Part shown: piece by piece, positions 12,900-25,142 of the stretch | Position numbering within the stretch: position 1 is the first letter of the stretch | How the letters are laid out: each line of letters begins with the position of its first letter | Origin: Octopus sinensis | Taxonomy: Eukaryota | Reading direction: 5' to 3' | NCBI RefSeq assembly: GCF_006345805.1 | Contig: NC_043022.1 | Coordinates: 6,696,001 to 6,760,000 of the forward strand | DNA length: 64,000 nt | The notes under the pieces: generated by a model | Databases searched by the model: none | Told to the model about the DNA's origin: nothing | Seen by the model: only the letters and a program-made list of their open reading frames with translations | Made by a program: the position numbers and the translations under genes

Positions 12900-13573
12900 T
12901 GGCAAGACATGGTACCTCAGCATCTTGTAGTCAGCACCCACCTTTAAGGCCCTTTGATTCTAGACCTTGCTTCCACACCTGAAACTTCTAGTTCTGGTAG
13001 TGACTCAGTTATTAGAGCAAGGTCATCAGCATAAAGGAGCTCCCAGGGGCATCCTGTCTTGAATTCCTCTGATGAATAAGAGGGGCTCAGAACTGATCCT
13101 TGGTGAACCCCTACTTCTACCTGGAATTCTTCACTATATTCATTGCCAATCCTCACTTTACTGACAGCATCCCTGTACATGGCTTGTACAGTTCTCACTG
13201 AGCACTCATGTATCCCTAGTTTCTGCATTGACCTCCAGATAAGGAACTGGAGGACCCTTTCAAAGGCTTTCTCCATGTCAACAAGAGCCAAGTACAGAGG
13301 TTTATCTTTGGTTAGGTATTTCTCCTGCAGCTGTCTTACCAGAAATATGGCATCAGTGGTGCTTTTCCCTGGCACAAACCCAAACTGCATCTCATCTAAA
13401 CTATATCTCTCCCTAATTAGATGGGCTATAACCCTTTCTTTGACTTTCATCACCTGATCCAATAATTTGGTACCTCTGTAATTGTTTCTATCTAAGGCGT
13501 TACCTTTACCTTTGTAGCAGTTGACTATAGTGCTGCTACACCAGTCATTGGGTATGACTCCTTTGTGTATCAC
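12900..13573 (-). mobile_element. decayed RTE-clade LINE RT fragment
   Basis: YKGKGNALDRNNYRGTKLL, QFGFVPGKSTTDAIFLVRQLQEK, GVHQGSVLSP, LLYADDLAL. Confidence 0.92.
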
Positions 13574-14676
13574 CTGATATATATAAAGTAATGATTGTTA
13601 CCACCTCAATGAGGTTGTACCATAGCGGAAACTGTTACTACTCTTTTCAACCCCAGGAGGACATCTCGAGCTGGTTAATGACACACAATCTGTGTATGTT
13701 GTATTACAAACAAGGGAGCGAGCAACTCTCATCTAGCGGTGACGGGAACTAATAGTCTACCTAGTTTATGGGTATAATCCTCATCTGTAGTGGATGTACC
13801 TGTAGACAGTAGATAGTTCTAAAATCCCTATAAGAGATGCAAGTAACAACAAACTCGTCAGTACTGGTTATACCTGTAAACAAGTATAACCAGTACCAAC
13901 AAAAGGTTATACCCAGAGACTAGCTAGTCTATTAGTTCCTGTCACCACTAGACAGGAGTTGATTGCTCCCTTGTTTGTGATGAAACAGACACAGATAGTG
14001 TGTCATTAACCAGCTTGAGATGTCCTCCTGGGGTTAAAAAGAGTAGTAACAGTGTTGTGTATGGAACAACCTCATTGAGGTGGTAACAGCTGTTACTGTT
14101 CAGTAGAGTTACTACTTCCATCCCATATAGAGATTTTAGAACTAGCTGCTGTGCTGGGTATATATATCATCGTCATCATTAAATGCCCATCTACCATACA
14201 TGGATAGGACAGTCAACAGGAGCCAGCCAGTCAGGTAGAATACCTACCCTAGGCTACTGTGTCTGTTTTGGCAGAGATTTTACGGCTGGATGCCCTTCCT
14301 AACATTAACCACTCTGCGGAGTGGACTCAGTGCTTTTCACATGGCATTAGCACAGGCAAAGTTAGTTTTGGCATGATCTTTACAGCTGGATGCCCTTCCA
14401 AATGCCAACCACTTCACAGTGTGGACTGGATGCTTTTAACGTGGCACCAGCTGTGGTAGGGTAACCAAGTAACTCTCAAGACAAGGAACTATGAGGAGGG
14501 GGACTTGTGTCAGAGGATGAAAGGTTAGAGTGTGACAGAGAGAGAGAAAAGAGAGGGGACATTAGAGGGGGTCATCCAGTATTGAATGATGAAAGGTCAG
14601 AGTGTAACAGAAATAAAGTGGCAGAAATAGGTATCTTGCTATAGAGGAGGTACATGGTTACCCAGGCGAGCTATAA

Positions 14677-14906
14677 GGCGGCGAGCTGGCAGAACCGTTA
14701 GCACGCCGGGCCAAATGCGTAGCCGTATTTCGTCTGTCATTACGTTGTGAGTTCAAATTCCGCCGAGGTCGACTTTGCCTTTCATCCTTTCGGGGTCGAT
14801 TAATTAAGTACCAGTTACGCACTGGGGTCGATATAATCGACTTAATAACTATTTCTGTCCTTGTTTGTCCCCTCTGTGTTTAGCCCCTTGTGGGTAATAA
14901 AGAAAT
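14677..14906 (+). mobile_element. SINE family 2 (tRNA head GGCGGCGAGCTGGCAG, B box GAGTTCAAATTCC)
   Basis: 18-bp TSD AGGTACATGGTTACCCAG. Confidence 0.9.
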
Positions 14907-15407
14907 AGGTACATGGTTACCCAGAGAGAGAGAGAGAGAGAAGGGAGAGCTATAAGAAAGAGGTTCGAAACAAGTGCACTGATGTAAAGGAGATGCTTAA
15001 ACGAGAGAGAGAAAGAGTAGGAAGCAATAAAAGTGGGTGAGAGAGAGCAGAAAAGAGATGGGGGTAGTGCTAGGGTATACTCACAAGTAACAAGAATATG
15101 AGCATAGAATCTGGGTAGAAAAATAGGGTGTGGTGAGCAGCAAAGCAAGGAAGGGGATTGGAGAACAATCATAATTTATGAAGAGGAAATGTGAGGAAGA
15201 GAAAGATGCAGTTAGAAATTGGAGTTCAATTTCTTAGGGTAGAGTGGGTAAAAAGTGTGTTACATGTGGGTGGACACATCTCTTCTAGCACAGTCTTATG
15301 GCTGGGCCTTCTCTAGAACCTCATATCACCAAACATCTTGATCTACTGTCATTTCCTCCATGAGTCCCAATGTCCTAAGATCATTCCTCTCCACTACATC
15401 CCATGTC

Positions 15408-15586
15408 GGGGTCATTCCGAAAAGCTCTACCTGCGACGATTTCATCTCAATCGAAGGAGAGGAGCTTTCTCCGTCCGGGTTGCGGATCTGTGGAACAAAC
15501 TCTTTACATGAACACCACCCTGTACTTAACTCCATGTCCCCTTACATGGCCTTGCTATTTGCTTTTGAGCCAAATTAACTAACTAA
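15408..15586 (+). mobile_element. short 5'-truncated CR1-type 3' end nested in an RTE 3' relic
   Basis: Same sequence as 16885-17141 with (ACTA)n tail; TSD CATGTC at 15402 and 15587 splits the RTE motif RPRKT|WDVV on the minus strand. Confidence 0.85.
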
Positions 15587-16516
15587 CATGTCTTCCTTGG
15601 TCTCCCTTTTCTGCAAGTACCATCTGCTTTCAGCGACAGGCACTTCTGTATACAGCTGTTGGGGCTAATGCAGAATCACATCTAGAAATCACATTTTAGA
15701 AATGCATTTGCATTTCTAAAAAAAAATTGGGGGATTCCAACGTTTTAGATGCTGGAGATTACAACTATACCAAATAAACACCTTTTCAAATCTCCAGCTC
15801 CAATTTAAAATATTTCAAATTCCACCCCCACCCCCCAGTGAACCTGGTGCACAGTGACCCCTCCCACCTAAAACAGACCTTTATGATTTTAAAATTTGGT
15901 AGTGGGGAGGAGGGGGGATTGGGAAATTTGAAAAGATGGCTTTTTTGGCATATTCCTAATCTAAAACATAAGAATCTGAAAAAGGTTTTCCCAAAGAATG
16001 CTTTGTTGAAGGAGGAGGGGTTAGGGTTCTGCTTTGGCCCCAACAGCTGGCTTCATTCATATGCATCACGTCCAAACCAACGCACCCTCCTCTCCTGCCT
16101 ACCACATTTAATTCCTCTCTTGGGCCTGACTTGTCTCTCATCACAGTTTCAGTCATTAGACCGTGGCCATGCTGGGGCACTGCCTCGAAGGGTTTAGTTA
16201 AACCAATTGACCTTCAGTACTTATTTTTGAAAGTCTTCTACTTATTTTATTGGTGTCTTTTTCTTGAACTGCTATGGGGACGTAGACAAACCAACACCAG
16301 TTGTGAAGCAGTGACAGGGAACAAATATACGCACACCTAAAACCGACACAAGAACACACATGTGACACACACAAAGCATACATGTACACATTAGCTGCCA
16401 CACATACTTTTGCAATTAGACAGCCCCACCCACGCATCCACATATATGGAGCACATATACACACATTGCGCCACACATGCACACTCCTATACATACTGCC
16501 AACTGCCATACATACG

Positions 16517-17141
16517 TCCATGCTGCCAACAAAGCACGCGGAATTCTGTTCTTGATTTGACGGTCATTCGGAATGCTCACAGCAGCCATATTCCTACCAC
16601 TCTATGTCACGCTGGTGAGACCCATATTGGAGTATGAGATTCAAGCCTCTTCTCCTTATCTCCTCAAAGACATACAGCATCTCGAAAGAGTCCAGAAGCT
16701 GGCTACCCGCATGGTTCATGGTCTCAAAAATTTGTCCTACAAAGAAAGGCTGAGGACGCTCGACCTTTATTCTCTTGAAAAACGCCGCCGCTGTGGTGAT
16801 CTCATTCTCGCCCACAACATCATAAGCGGAAAGTGTAACCTCGAAAGAGCTGTTCTTCACTCCTGCTCCAGAGCGTCGGCTACGGGGTCATTCCGAAAAG
16901 CTCTACCTGCGACGATTTCATCTCAATCGAAGGAGAGGAGCTTTCTCCGTCCGGGTTGCGGATCCGTGGAACAAGCTGCCAGACGAGATGGTGAAGATGC
17001 TGACGACCGCTTTGTTCAAATCCTCCCTGGACCTCAAGTGGCCTGAACTCTTTACATGATCACCACCCTGTACTTAACTCCATGTCCCCCTACATGGCCT
17101 TGCTATTTGCTTTTGAGCCAAATTAACTAACTAACTAACTA
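16517..17141 (+). mobile_element. 5'-truncated CR1-clade LINE
   Basis: LVRPILEY..., LERVQKLATRMVHGLKNLSYKERLRTLDLYSLEKRR; (ACTA)n tail; TSD ACATACG at 16510 and 17142. Confidence 0.92.
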
Positions 17142-17426
17142 ACATACGCAAGTTCACATAATCTTCATATTCGCACACGTTTACCAACACACACACGTCA
17201 CACATCCTCACACGCACACACATACTTGTTGTCTTTTTGCCACCCTTGTCTCCAATCACATCCTTCTTCCTGGTCAGTTCAAAATCTGCCACTGTTAATC
17301 CAGACATGTTTTTTTACCCCTCTCCATCTCTTTTCCTCTCCTCACATCTTTTTATAGAGTATAGGCTCGAAATGTCAAAGACATTTCCATTTTTCCAGCG
17401 CGTCAAACTAAAACTTATATATATAA

Positions 17427-17836
17427 GGCGCAGGAGTGGCTGTGTGGTAAGTAGCTTGCTAACCAACCACATGGTTCCGGGTTCAGTCCCACTGCGTGGC
17501 ATCTTGGGCAAGTGTCTTCTGCTATAGCCCCGGACCGACCAATGTCTTGTGAGTGGATTTGGTAGACGGAAACTGAAAGAAGCCTGTCGTATATATGTGT
17601 GTATATATATATGTATGTGTGTGTTTGTGTGTCTGTGTTTGGCCCCCTAGCATTGCTTGACAACCGATGCTGGAGTGTTTACGTCCCCGTTACTTAGCGG
17701 TTCGGCAAAAAAGAGACCGATAGAATAAGTACTAGGCTTACAAAGAATAAGTCCCGGGGTCGATTTGCTCGACTAAAGGCGGTGCTCCAGCATGGCCGCA
17801 GTCAAAATGACTGAAACAAGTAAAAGAGAGTAAAAG
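17427..17836 (+). mobile_element. SINE family 1, full length
   Basis: GGCGCAGGAGTGGCTG head to GAGTAAAA tail. Confidence 0.9.
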
Positions 17837-17853
17837 ATATATATATATATATC

Positions 17854-18425
17854 ATCATCATCGTCGTTTAACGTCCGCTTTCCATGCTAGCATGGGTTGG
17901 ACGGTTCAACTGGGGTCTGGGGAGCCCGAAGGCTGCACCAGACCAGTCAGATCTGGCAGTGTTTCTCCAGCTGGATGCGCCCTTCATAACGGAACCACTC
18001 GAGAGTGTAGTGGGTGATTTTATGTGCCACCGACACAGGTGCCAGACGAGGCTGGCGAACAGCCACGCTCGGATGGTGTTTTTTATGTGCCACCGACACA
18101 GGTGCCAGACGTGGCTGGCAGACGGCCACGCTCGGATGGTGTTTTTTATGTGCCACCGACACAGGTGCCAGACGAGTCTGCGAACGGCCACGCTCGGATG
18201 GTGTTTTTTATGTGCCACGACACAGGTGCCAGACGAGGCTGGCAGACGGCCACGCTCGGATGGTGTTTTTTATGTGCCACCGACACAGGTGCCAGACGAG
18301 TCTGGCGAACGGCCACGCTCGGATGGTGTTTTTTATGTCCACCGACACAGGCCAAACGAGCTGGCAGACGGCCACGCTCGGATGGTGTTTTTTATGTGCC
18401 ACCGACACAAGTGCCAGACGAGGCT
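17854..18425 (-). mobile_element. retroposon family 3 ((GAT)n tail, AGGAAGGGCATCCAGC body) with seven ~61-63 bp tandem subunits
   Basis: Tail CATCATCATC on + at 17854; tandem unit GGTGTTTTTTATGTGCCACCGACACAGGTGCCAG... Confidence 0.85.
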
Positions 18426-18996
18426 GTGCTATTCTGTGGTGCTGAGATTAACAAAAAAAAAAGTACCCCATCTAATGAGAGGTAAATATTATTTAAGAAA
18501 CGCAATGTGTTTTCATGTGCTGAGAACATGATTATGCCATATGGGCAGTGTCTGATGATTGTACTGGGACACAGGCGTGTTATAAAGCAATGTTTGCCAT
18601 TTCAGCACATGAAACTAATAGTAGCCCATAAAAACACATATTGTATTTATATAATATATGTATGTATGTATACAATGGGCTTCTTTCAGTTTCCATCTAC
18701 CAAATCCACTCACAAGGCCTAAGGCTAGAGTAGAAGACACTTGCCCAATGTTCCACATATCTCTCATCCCTTGAGATTTGATAAAATTTGAACCAAACAA
18801 ATAATGCTGGGGTCAATATGATTGACTCCACCCTCTCTTCAGAATTTATGACTTTGCACCAAAGTTAGAAATTGTTCTTATTATTTTACATTGAAGACTG
18901 TGTTTTGGGATTTGTTTGTTCCACATTCCTGGTGAGAATATGAAGAGAGTGTAATAGAGAGGTATCAGCTATTTTAGGTTTTAGGTGTGCGTATAC

Positions 18997-19229
18997 GGCG
19001 GTGAGATGGCAGAAACGTTAGCACGCCGGGCGAAATGCTTAGCGGTATTTCGTCTGCGTTAGTTACGTTGTGAGTTCAAATTCCGCCGAGGTCAACTTTG
19101 CCTTTCATCCTTTCGGGGTTGATAAATTAAGTAGCAGTTACGCACTGGGGTCGATGTAATCGACTTAATACCTATGTCTGTCCTTGTTTGTCCCCTCTAT
19201 GTTTAGCCCCTTGTGGGTAATAAAGAAAT
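18997..19229 (+). mobile_element. SINE family 2
   Basis: 14-bp TSD AGGTATCAGCTATT. Confidence 0.9.
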
Positions 19230-19338
19230 AGGTATCAGCTATTAGTTTCAGTGAGATTTGGACAAGTCACTGAAATATATGGAATTTTCAATAAGATTTT
19301 CTTTCAATTATTTCTTTTGTTTATTTCAGAAATTCACC

Positions 19339-19462
19339 ATGCATCCTGGAAGCACCCCTCACAATGTGAGTAGTGTGCTGAGCTTCCAGCAAGCCACATC
19401 TACCAATCTCCAATTGGCATGCAGCACACAAAGATATCCGTTACATGGAGGAATATCCAAAG
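19339..19462 (+). CDS. AHCTF1: ELYS coding exon (exon 2; exon starts 19330)
   Basis: tttcag|AAATTCACCATG; MHPGSTPHNVSSVLSFQQATSTNLQLACSTQRYPLHGGISK; donor AAAG|gtagat, phase 1. Confidence 0.85.
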
Positions 19463-20240
19463 GTAGATGTACTCTCAATCTGTTTTGTTTCTTTCTCAAA
19501 GAAGATTCTTTTTTATTCTTTTCTTTTTTGTTAGGTCTAATACCCCTCTCCCCCACCATTTCCTCCTAGTTTTTAGATATTTTGGCTTTGGGTGACTCCA
19601 CCCTGTATCATCTCTTGTGAAAGGTAGGAGAGTCCAGTTTGCTGGACATTGTTGTAGAGCTGCAAAAGAAGTAATTTCTACTCTTCTCCTCTGGAAGCCA
19701 TCTACTCGCAATACCAGAGGGCGCACACTCTCCTATCCTGATGTAATCTCCAGGGATACAGACATCCAGCAATAGGACCTCCGTAATGCCATGATGGACC
19801 GTGAAGTCTGGCGGTAGCATGGTAAATTCCATTGTCTCGACCACGGTCGAACAATGATGATGATGATGACTCCACCCTTTTCAATACCACCACTGCCACC
19901 ATCAGCTCTTTGAGTATCTTCTCATGTCAGTTACTCTCTAACAATCATTTTGACTAGATTCACAACTACTGTTTGTTCCTTTTCTTTTGCTGAGCTACTT
20001 GGCAACCCCACAGGAGCTGGTGCCATGTACTTGCACCCATCGTGGCATCTTGTGAAAAAGCACTGGTGCCAGTGTCACATAAATAGCAACCAGTCCATTC
20101 TGGGGCATCCAGACATAGAAATCATTGCTAAAACAGACTATTGGAGTCTGGTGCAGCTCTCCAGCCTTGCCATTTACTGTCAAAACCATCCAACCCATGC
20201 CAGCATGGAAAATAGACATTAAACGGTAATGATGATGAAG

Positions 20241-20470
20241 GGCGGCGAGCTGGCAGAAACGTTAGCACACCAGGCGAAATGCTTAGCGGTATTTCGTCTG
20301 CGTTACGTTGTGAGTTCAAATTCTGCCGAGGTCGACTTTGCCTTTCATCCTTTCGGGGTCGATAAATTAAGTAGCAGTTACGCACTGGGGTCGATGTAAT
20401 CGACTTAATACCTATGTCTGTCCTTGTTTGTCCCCTCTGTGTTTAGCCCCTTGTGGGTAATAAAGAAATA
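20241..20470 (+). mobile_element. SINE family 2
   Basis: 16-bp TSD GGTAATGATGATGAAG. Confidence 0.9.
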
Positions 20471-21589
20471 GGTAATGATGATGAAGATACAGATGTTCTT
20501 GCTGGCTATTGACCTCATCAAATCCCTCTCTCTGAATGGGCTTGTCTCTCCTCCGATTCACTTACTTAAAAACAAAAAAAGGGCAATTCTTATCCCTTAT
20601 TCACCTGTCTTTACCAGATTCCCGCAAGTGTGATAACTGATTCTCTCCCAAAACAGAAAAATAATTCTGTTAGAATAGGTTTTTTGCAATCCTATCAGAG
20701 ATGACTCTGATTGCTTGATTGAATCAAACCGCAGAATACCACTGGTATTTATGAAAACGGAGGAAATTGACGTCTGTTATATTGAAATTCACAACTTCAA
20801 AGACCAATACTAAACACCACATACCATTTCTGATGCTTGAGTGAACTAATAATAATAATAATAATGATAATTCTTTGTAATTTTGGATAAGGCTTAGTCA
20901 ATTCTTGCTGCCAGTGTTTGGCTGGCACTTTGTTTTATTGACTTTGGAGGAGCGAAAGGCAAAGTTGGCTTTGTACTCAGCTGGTACTTATTTTATTCAG
21001 ATCTTGCTGAGGTTGCCTTGCATTCCATCCTTTCAAGGTTGACAGGAATGAAGTACCACTTAAGTACTGGGATCAACAATTTTAACTAACCTCATCCTCT
21101 GAAAATTGCTGGTTTTTGTGCCTTAATTAGAAATTGTTATTATTATTATTATGGAGACAAGCTGGCAGAATCATTAGCATGCTGAACAAATGCTTAGCGC
21201 CATTTTGTCCATCTTTATGTTCTGAGTTCAAATTCTGCCAAGGCCAATTTGACCTTTCATCCTTCCAAGGTTGATAAAATAAGTACCAGTTGTGTACTGG
21301 GGTCGATTCAATTGACTATGCTCCCCCCTCCACCCCAAATTTCAGGCCTTGTGCCTACAGTAGAAAGGATGGCAGCGAGCTGGCAGAATTGTTAGCATGC
21401 TGGACCGAATGCTTAATAGTATTTCACCCATTGCTACAGTCTGAGTTCAAATTCCGATGCCAACTTTGCTTTTCATCCTTTTGGGGGTCAATAAATTAAT
21501 TACCAATGAAACATGGGAGGTCGACATAATCAACAAGTCCCCTGCCCACATTTGAGGCCTTGTGCCTCCAGTAGAAATGATTATTATCA

Positions 21590-22020
21590 TTGGTACCAGT
21601 GCCGGTGGCACATAAGAAAACCATCCGAACGTGGTCGTAGCCAGTATCGCATCGACTGGCCTCCGTGCTGTGGGCACGTAACAAACACCATCCGATCATG
21701 GCCGTTCGCCAGCCTCGTCTGGCACCTGTGTCGGTGGCACATAAAAAAACACCATCCGTGCGTGGCCGTCTGCCAGCCTCGTGTGGCACATAAAAAACAC
21801 CATCCGAGCGTGGCCGTCTGCCAGCCTCGTCTGGCACCTGTGTCGGTGGCACATAAAATCACCCACTACACTCTCGGAGTGGTTGGTGTTAGGAAGGGCA
21901 TCCAGCTGTAGAAACACTGCCAGATCTGACTGGCCTGGTGCAACTTTCGGGCTTGCCAGACCCCAGTTGAACCGTCCAACCCATGCTAGCATGGAAAGCG
22001 GACGTTAAACGATGATGATG
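21590..22020 (+). mobile_element. retroposon family 3
   Basis: Same body and (GAT)n tail. Further copies at about 23848-24125(-), 24625-24941, 29016-29276, 37405-37600, 47874-48016, 54712-55057(-), 55985-56196, 57690-57826 and 59702-59893. Confidence 0.85.
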
Positions 22021-22689
22021 ATTATTATCATTATTAAGGCCGTGTTAGCATGCCAGGCAAAATGCTTTGTGGCAATTTGTCTGTCTTTATGTTCTGAGTT
22101 CAAATTCTGCTCAGGCTGACTTTTCCTTTCATTCATTCGGAGTTGATAAAATAAGTATCAGTCGATGTAATTGACTGTCCCTCTTCCTGCCAATATTCAG
22201 GCCATATAATAAAAAGGGTTATAACCATTACCAAAATTAATACAAACATGAACACAGATAAAAATGAAAAAACTTCCAACGATTAGAGAGGAGAGTGCTG
22301 TCCGATAGCAAGTTTTATGAAAGGTGGGTGAATTGTGCGAGACTGGCCAGTATAAATGGACCAGTTCTCAGGTTTCGCCTGTGATTCAAATGGGTAATAT
22401 AAAAGGAGAAAAAAGGGACTCTCTACCCCCCTTTTTTGACCAGGCTCTCGTTGGCTTTTGTGGGGTTTTTTCCACCAGGAACCTTTCGTAACGACTCCCC
22501 CTTTTGGGAGTTTTTCGTTGTTATATAATTATTGTTATACAGTTGTTTACACGGATTTTTTAAAAACGGACAAAACCCTTTGTAACCTTCCGTCCTGTTA
22601 TGTCCCTTTATGTTTTCAAATCATGTGTGTCAGCCCTTGTGGCCAATAAAAAGAATAAATTATTATTATTGTCTGTTTTTGTTTTTCAG

Positions 22690-22952
22690 ATGGTAAAGTT
22701 TGTTGGCTATACAGTGGCTCCATACTTGAGGTGGTATCTTGTAACACAAGGAATTGCCTGGCAGCCTGGAATTTTGGTAATTTTTCACATGATGCTGAAA
22801 CCATTATTCAATGTGTGAGTGAATTCTGGACTGGTGATTCTTTGAAACTGTTGGTTGGTTTGAAAACCGGTTCCACCAGCAGTAATGGTCTGCTGTGTGT
22901 GCTCCATATTGGCCTCTCAAAAGTGGTAAAAGCTATTGAAATCCCTTTCCCG
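22690..22952 (+). CDS. AHCTF1: ELYS exon 3
   Basis: DGKVCWLYSGSILEVVSCNTRNCLAAWNF...HIGLSKVVKAIEIPFP; ttcag| and |gtaagt; phase 1 to 0. Confidence 0.93.
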
Positions 22953-24386
22953 GTAAGTTCCTTTTTTTAATTTTTTTTTCAGTTTCTTCAATCTGTAGGG
23001 TCTCGTAGGGATTTTTGTTGTTGGTTAATAGGTAGAATCATTTAAACCAGTCATATCCGGCCCAAATATTCCATGGCCACGGTCTAATGACTGAAACTGT
23101 GATGAGAGAAAAGTCAGGCCCAAGAGAGGAATTAAATGTGGTAGGCAGGAGAGGAGGGTGCATTGGTTTGGACGTGATGCATATGAATGAAGACAGCTGT
23201 TGGGGCCAAAGCAGAACCCTAACCCCTCCTCCTTCAACAAATCCAGCATCTCACATCTACTCTTCAGTGTCGTTCTAAAACTATTTACAGTCACAGCATT
23301 GAACTCTCTAAAGCTACAAGATAATGCATGATTCATTCAAAATAATTTGAATAAATAAGTATTACATTTGGTAAGAGTAATCTGAAGGGTTAAGGGAATG
23401 GGCTAGAGTTGATTTAATCAACCTCAGTACACCACTGGTACTTATTTGGCCTTCAAGGCTGAGAGAGAAAGGTAATCTCCCTTGGATTTTTGACTCGGGG
23501 GGCATAAAGGAGTGCAATTAAGTATTGATTTTAAATGCTGGCAAAAGGCTGGTATTTTCGAGGTGGGGAGGGGGGTAAGTTGATTACATTGACCCCCAGT
23601 GCTTAACTGGTACTTATTTTATTGACCCCAAAAAGATGAAAGGCAATGTCAACCTTGGCTGAATTTGAACTCAAAACGTGTTGACTAATGAAATGCTGCT
23701 AAGCGTTTCTCCCTGATTGCTAACGATTCTGTTAGCTTGTTGTCTTGATCCAACTAAATATTGCTTAGCATTTTAGCTTCACTGATTCTGTCAGTATCCA
23801 ATAATAATTAGAATTTTAGCACAAGACCAGCAATTTTAATCATCATCATCATCATTTAACGTCCGTTCTCCATTCTAGCATGGGTTGGACGGTTCGACCG
23901 GGGATCTGGGAAGCCAGAAGGCTGCACCAGGCTCCAGTTTTGTCTGGCAATGTTTCTACAGCTGGATGCCCTTCCTCACGCCAACCACTCCGTGAGTGTA
24001 GTGGGTGCTTTTTATGTGCCACCTGCACAGATGCCAGGCGAAGCTGGCAACGGCCACGGTCGGATTGGTGTATTTTACGTGCCACCGGCATGGAAGCCAG
24101 TCGAGGCGGCGCTGGCATCGGCCACGAGTCGGATAAAGGAGGAAAATCGATTACATCAACCCCACCCCACAGCCCCGTGCTCAACTAGTATTTATCTTAT
24201 TAGCCTCAAAAAGGATGAGAAGCAAAGTCGACCTCGGTGGAATTTGAACTCAGAATGTGTTTTGCGTCGACTTTATGGCTCCTGGGCATCTTTGAAAAAT
24301 CTTAGGTCAGAGGTAATGTTCTCCCATTGATTCGGAACTGTCTTCTTTTAATAAAACCTCATTAGCGTTTGTTTCAATTTTTTCAG

Positions 24387-24516
24387 GTTACAAGTGTTGA
24401 ATGTGTAACGAGTTTACTTGGTAACGACTTCCTCGTTTGGTCATTCAGTGAACAACTCAGTTGCTTTTATGGCATCATTGCTGCCGGAACCGAAGGTGGA
24501 CATGTTTATTTAATTG
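24387..24516 (+). CDS. AHCTF1: ELYS exon 4
   Basis: VTSVECV...FYGIIAAGTEGGHVYLI; |gtgagt; phase 0 to 1. Confidence 0.93.
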
Positions 24517-25142
24517 GTGAGTTTTTAGGAATTTACTTCTCCGTTCACTTACAAACTTCAAATTCTAATCATTCTACAGTTTTTCCTTTTTTTTTTCTTT
24601 TAAAGCTGTTTTATGTTCCTTGTCTGGCCCCCGTGTTGGTGGCACGTAAAAGCACCATCCGTTCGTGTCCGTTTGCCAGCCTCGCCTGGCCCCGTGCCGG
24701 TGACACGTAAAAGCACCATCCGTTCATGGCCATTTGCCAGCTCTGTCTGGCACCTGTGCGGGTGGCACGTAAAAAGCACCCACTACACTCACGGAGTGGT
24801 TGGCGTTAGGAAGGGCATCCAGCCGTAGAAACACTGCCAGATCTGACTGGGCCTGACGAAGCCTTCCAGCTTCACAGACCCCAGTTGAACCATCCAACCC
24901 ATGCTAGCATGGAGAACGGACGCTAAATGATGATGATGATCATAGTGGTTCTTTAGCCCAAGGTCAGCTCCGTTTAATCCCACCTGTATCCAAATGCATT
25001 CCTGTCCTTTATTGAGGACACACTGTATCTAGGACTACAACATACAATGTTGACTTCCTTTTCTTTAAGATGGTAGAATGGGATTTGAGTAAGAGTTACC
25101 GTCTTTCTTCAGCACTTCAACCTCACACTCCTCACTCTCTTT

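Noticed and set aside
13800-13865. CTGACGAG on the minus strand as a hammerhead core
   Set aside because: No helix II followed by GAAA.
17884-18531. Overlapping long ORFs and a CRISPR-like look
   Set aside because: Head-to-tail tandem units with no unique spacers, inside a retroposon in a eukaryotic intron; no cas genes.
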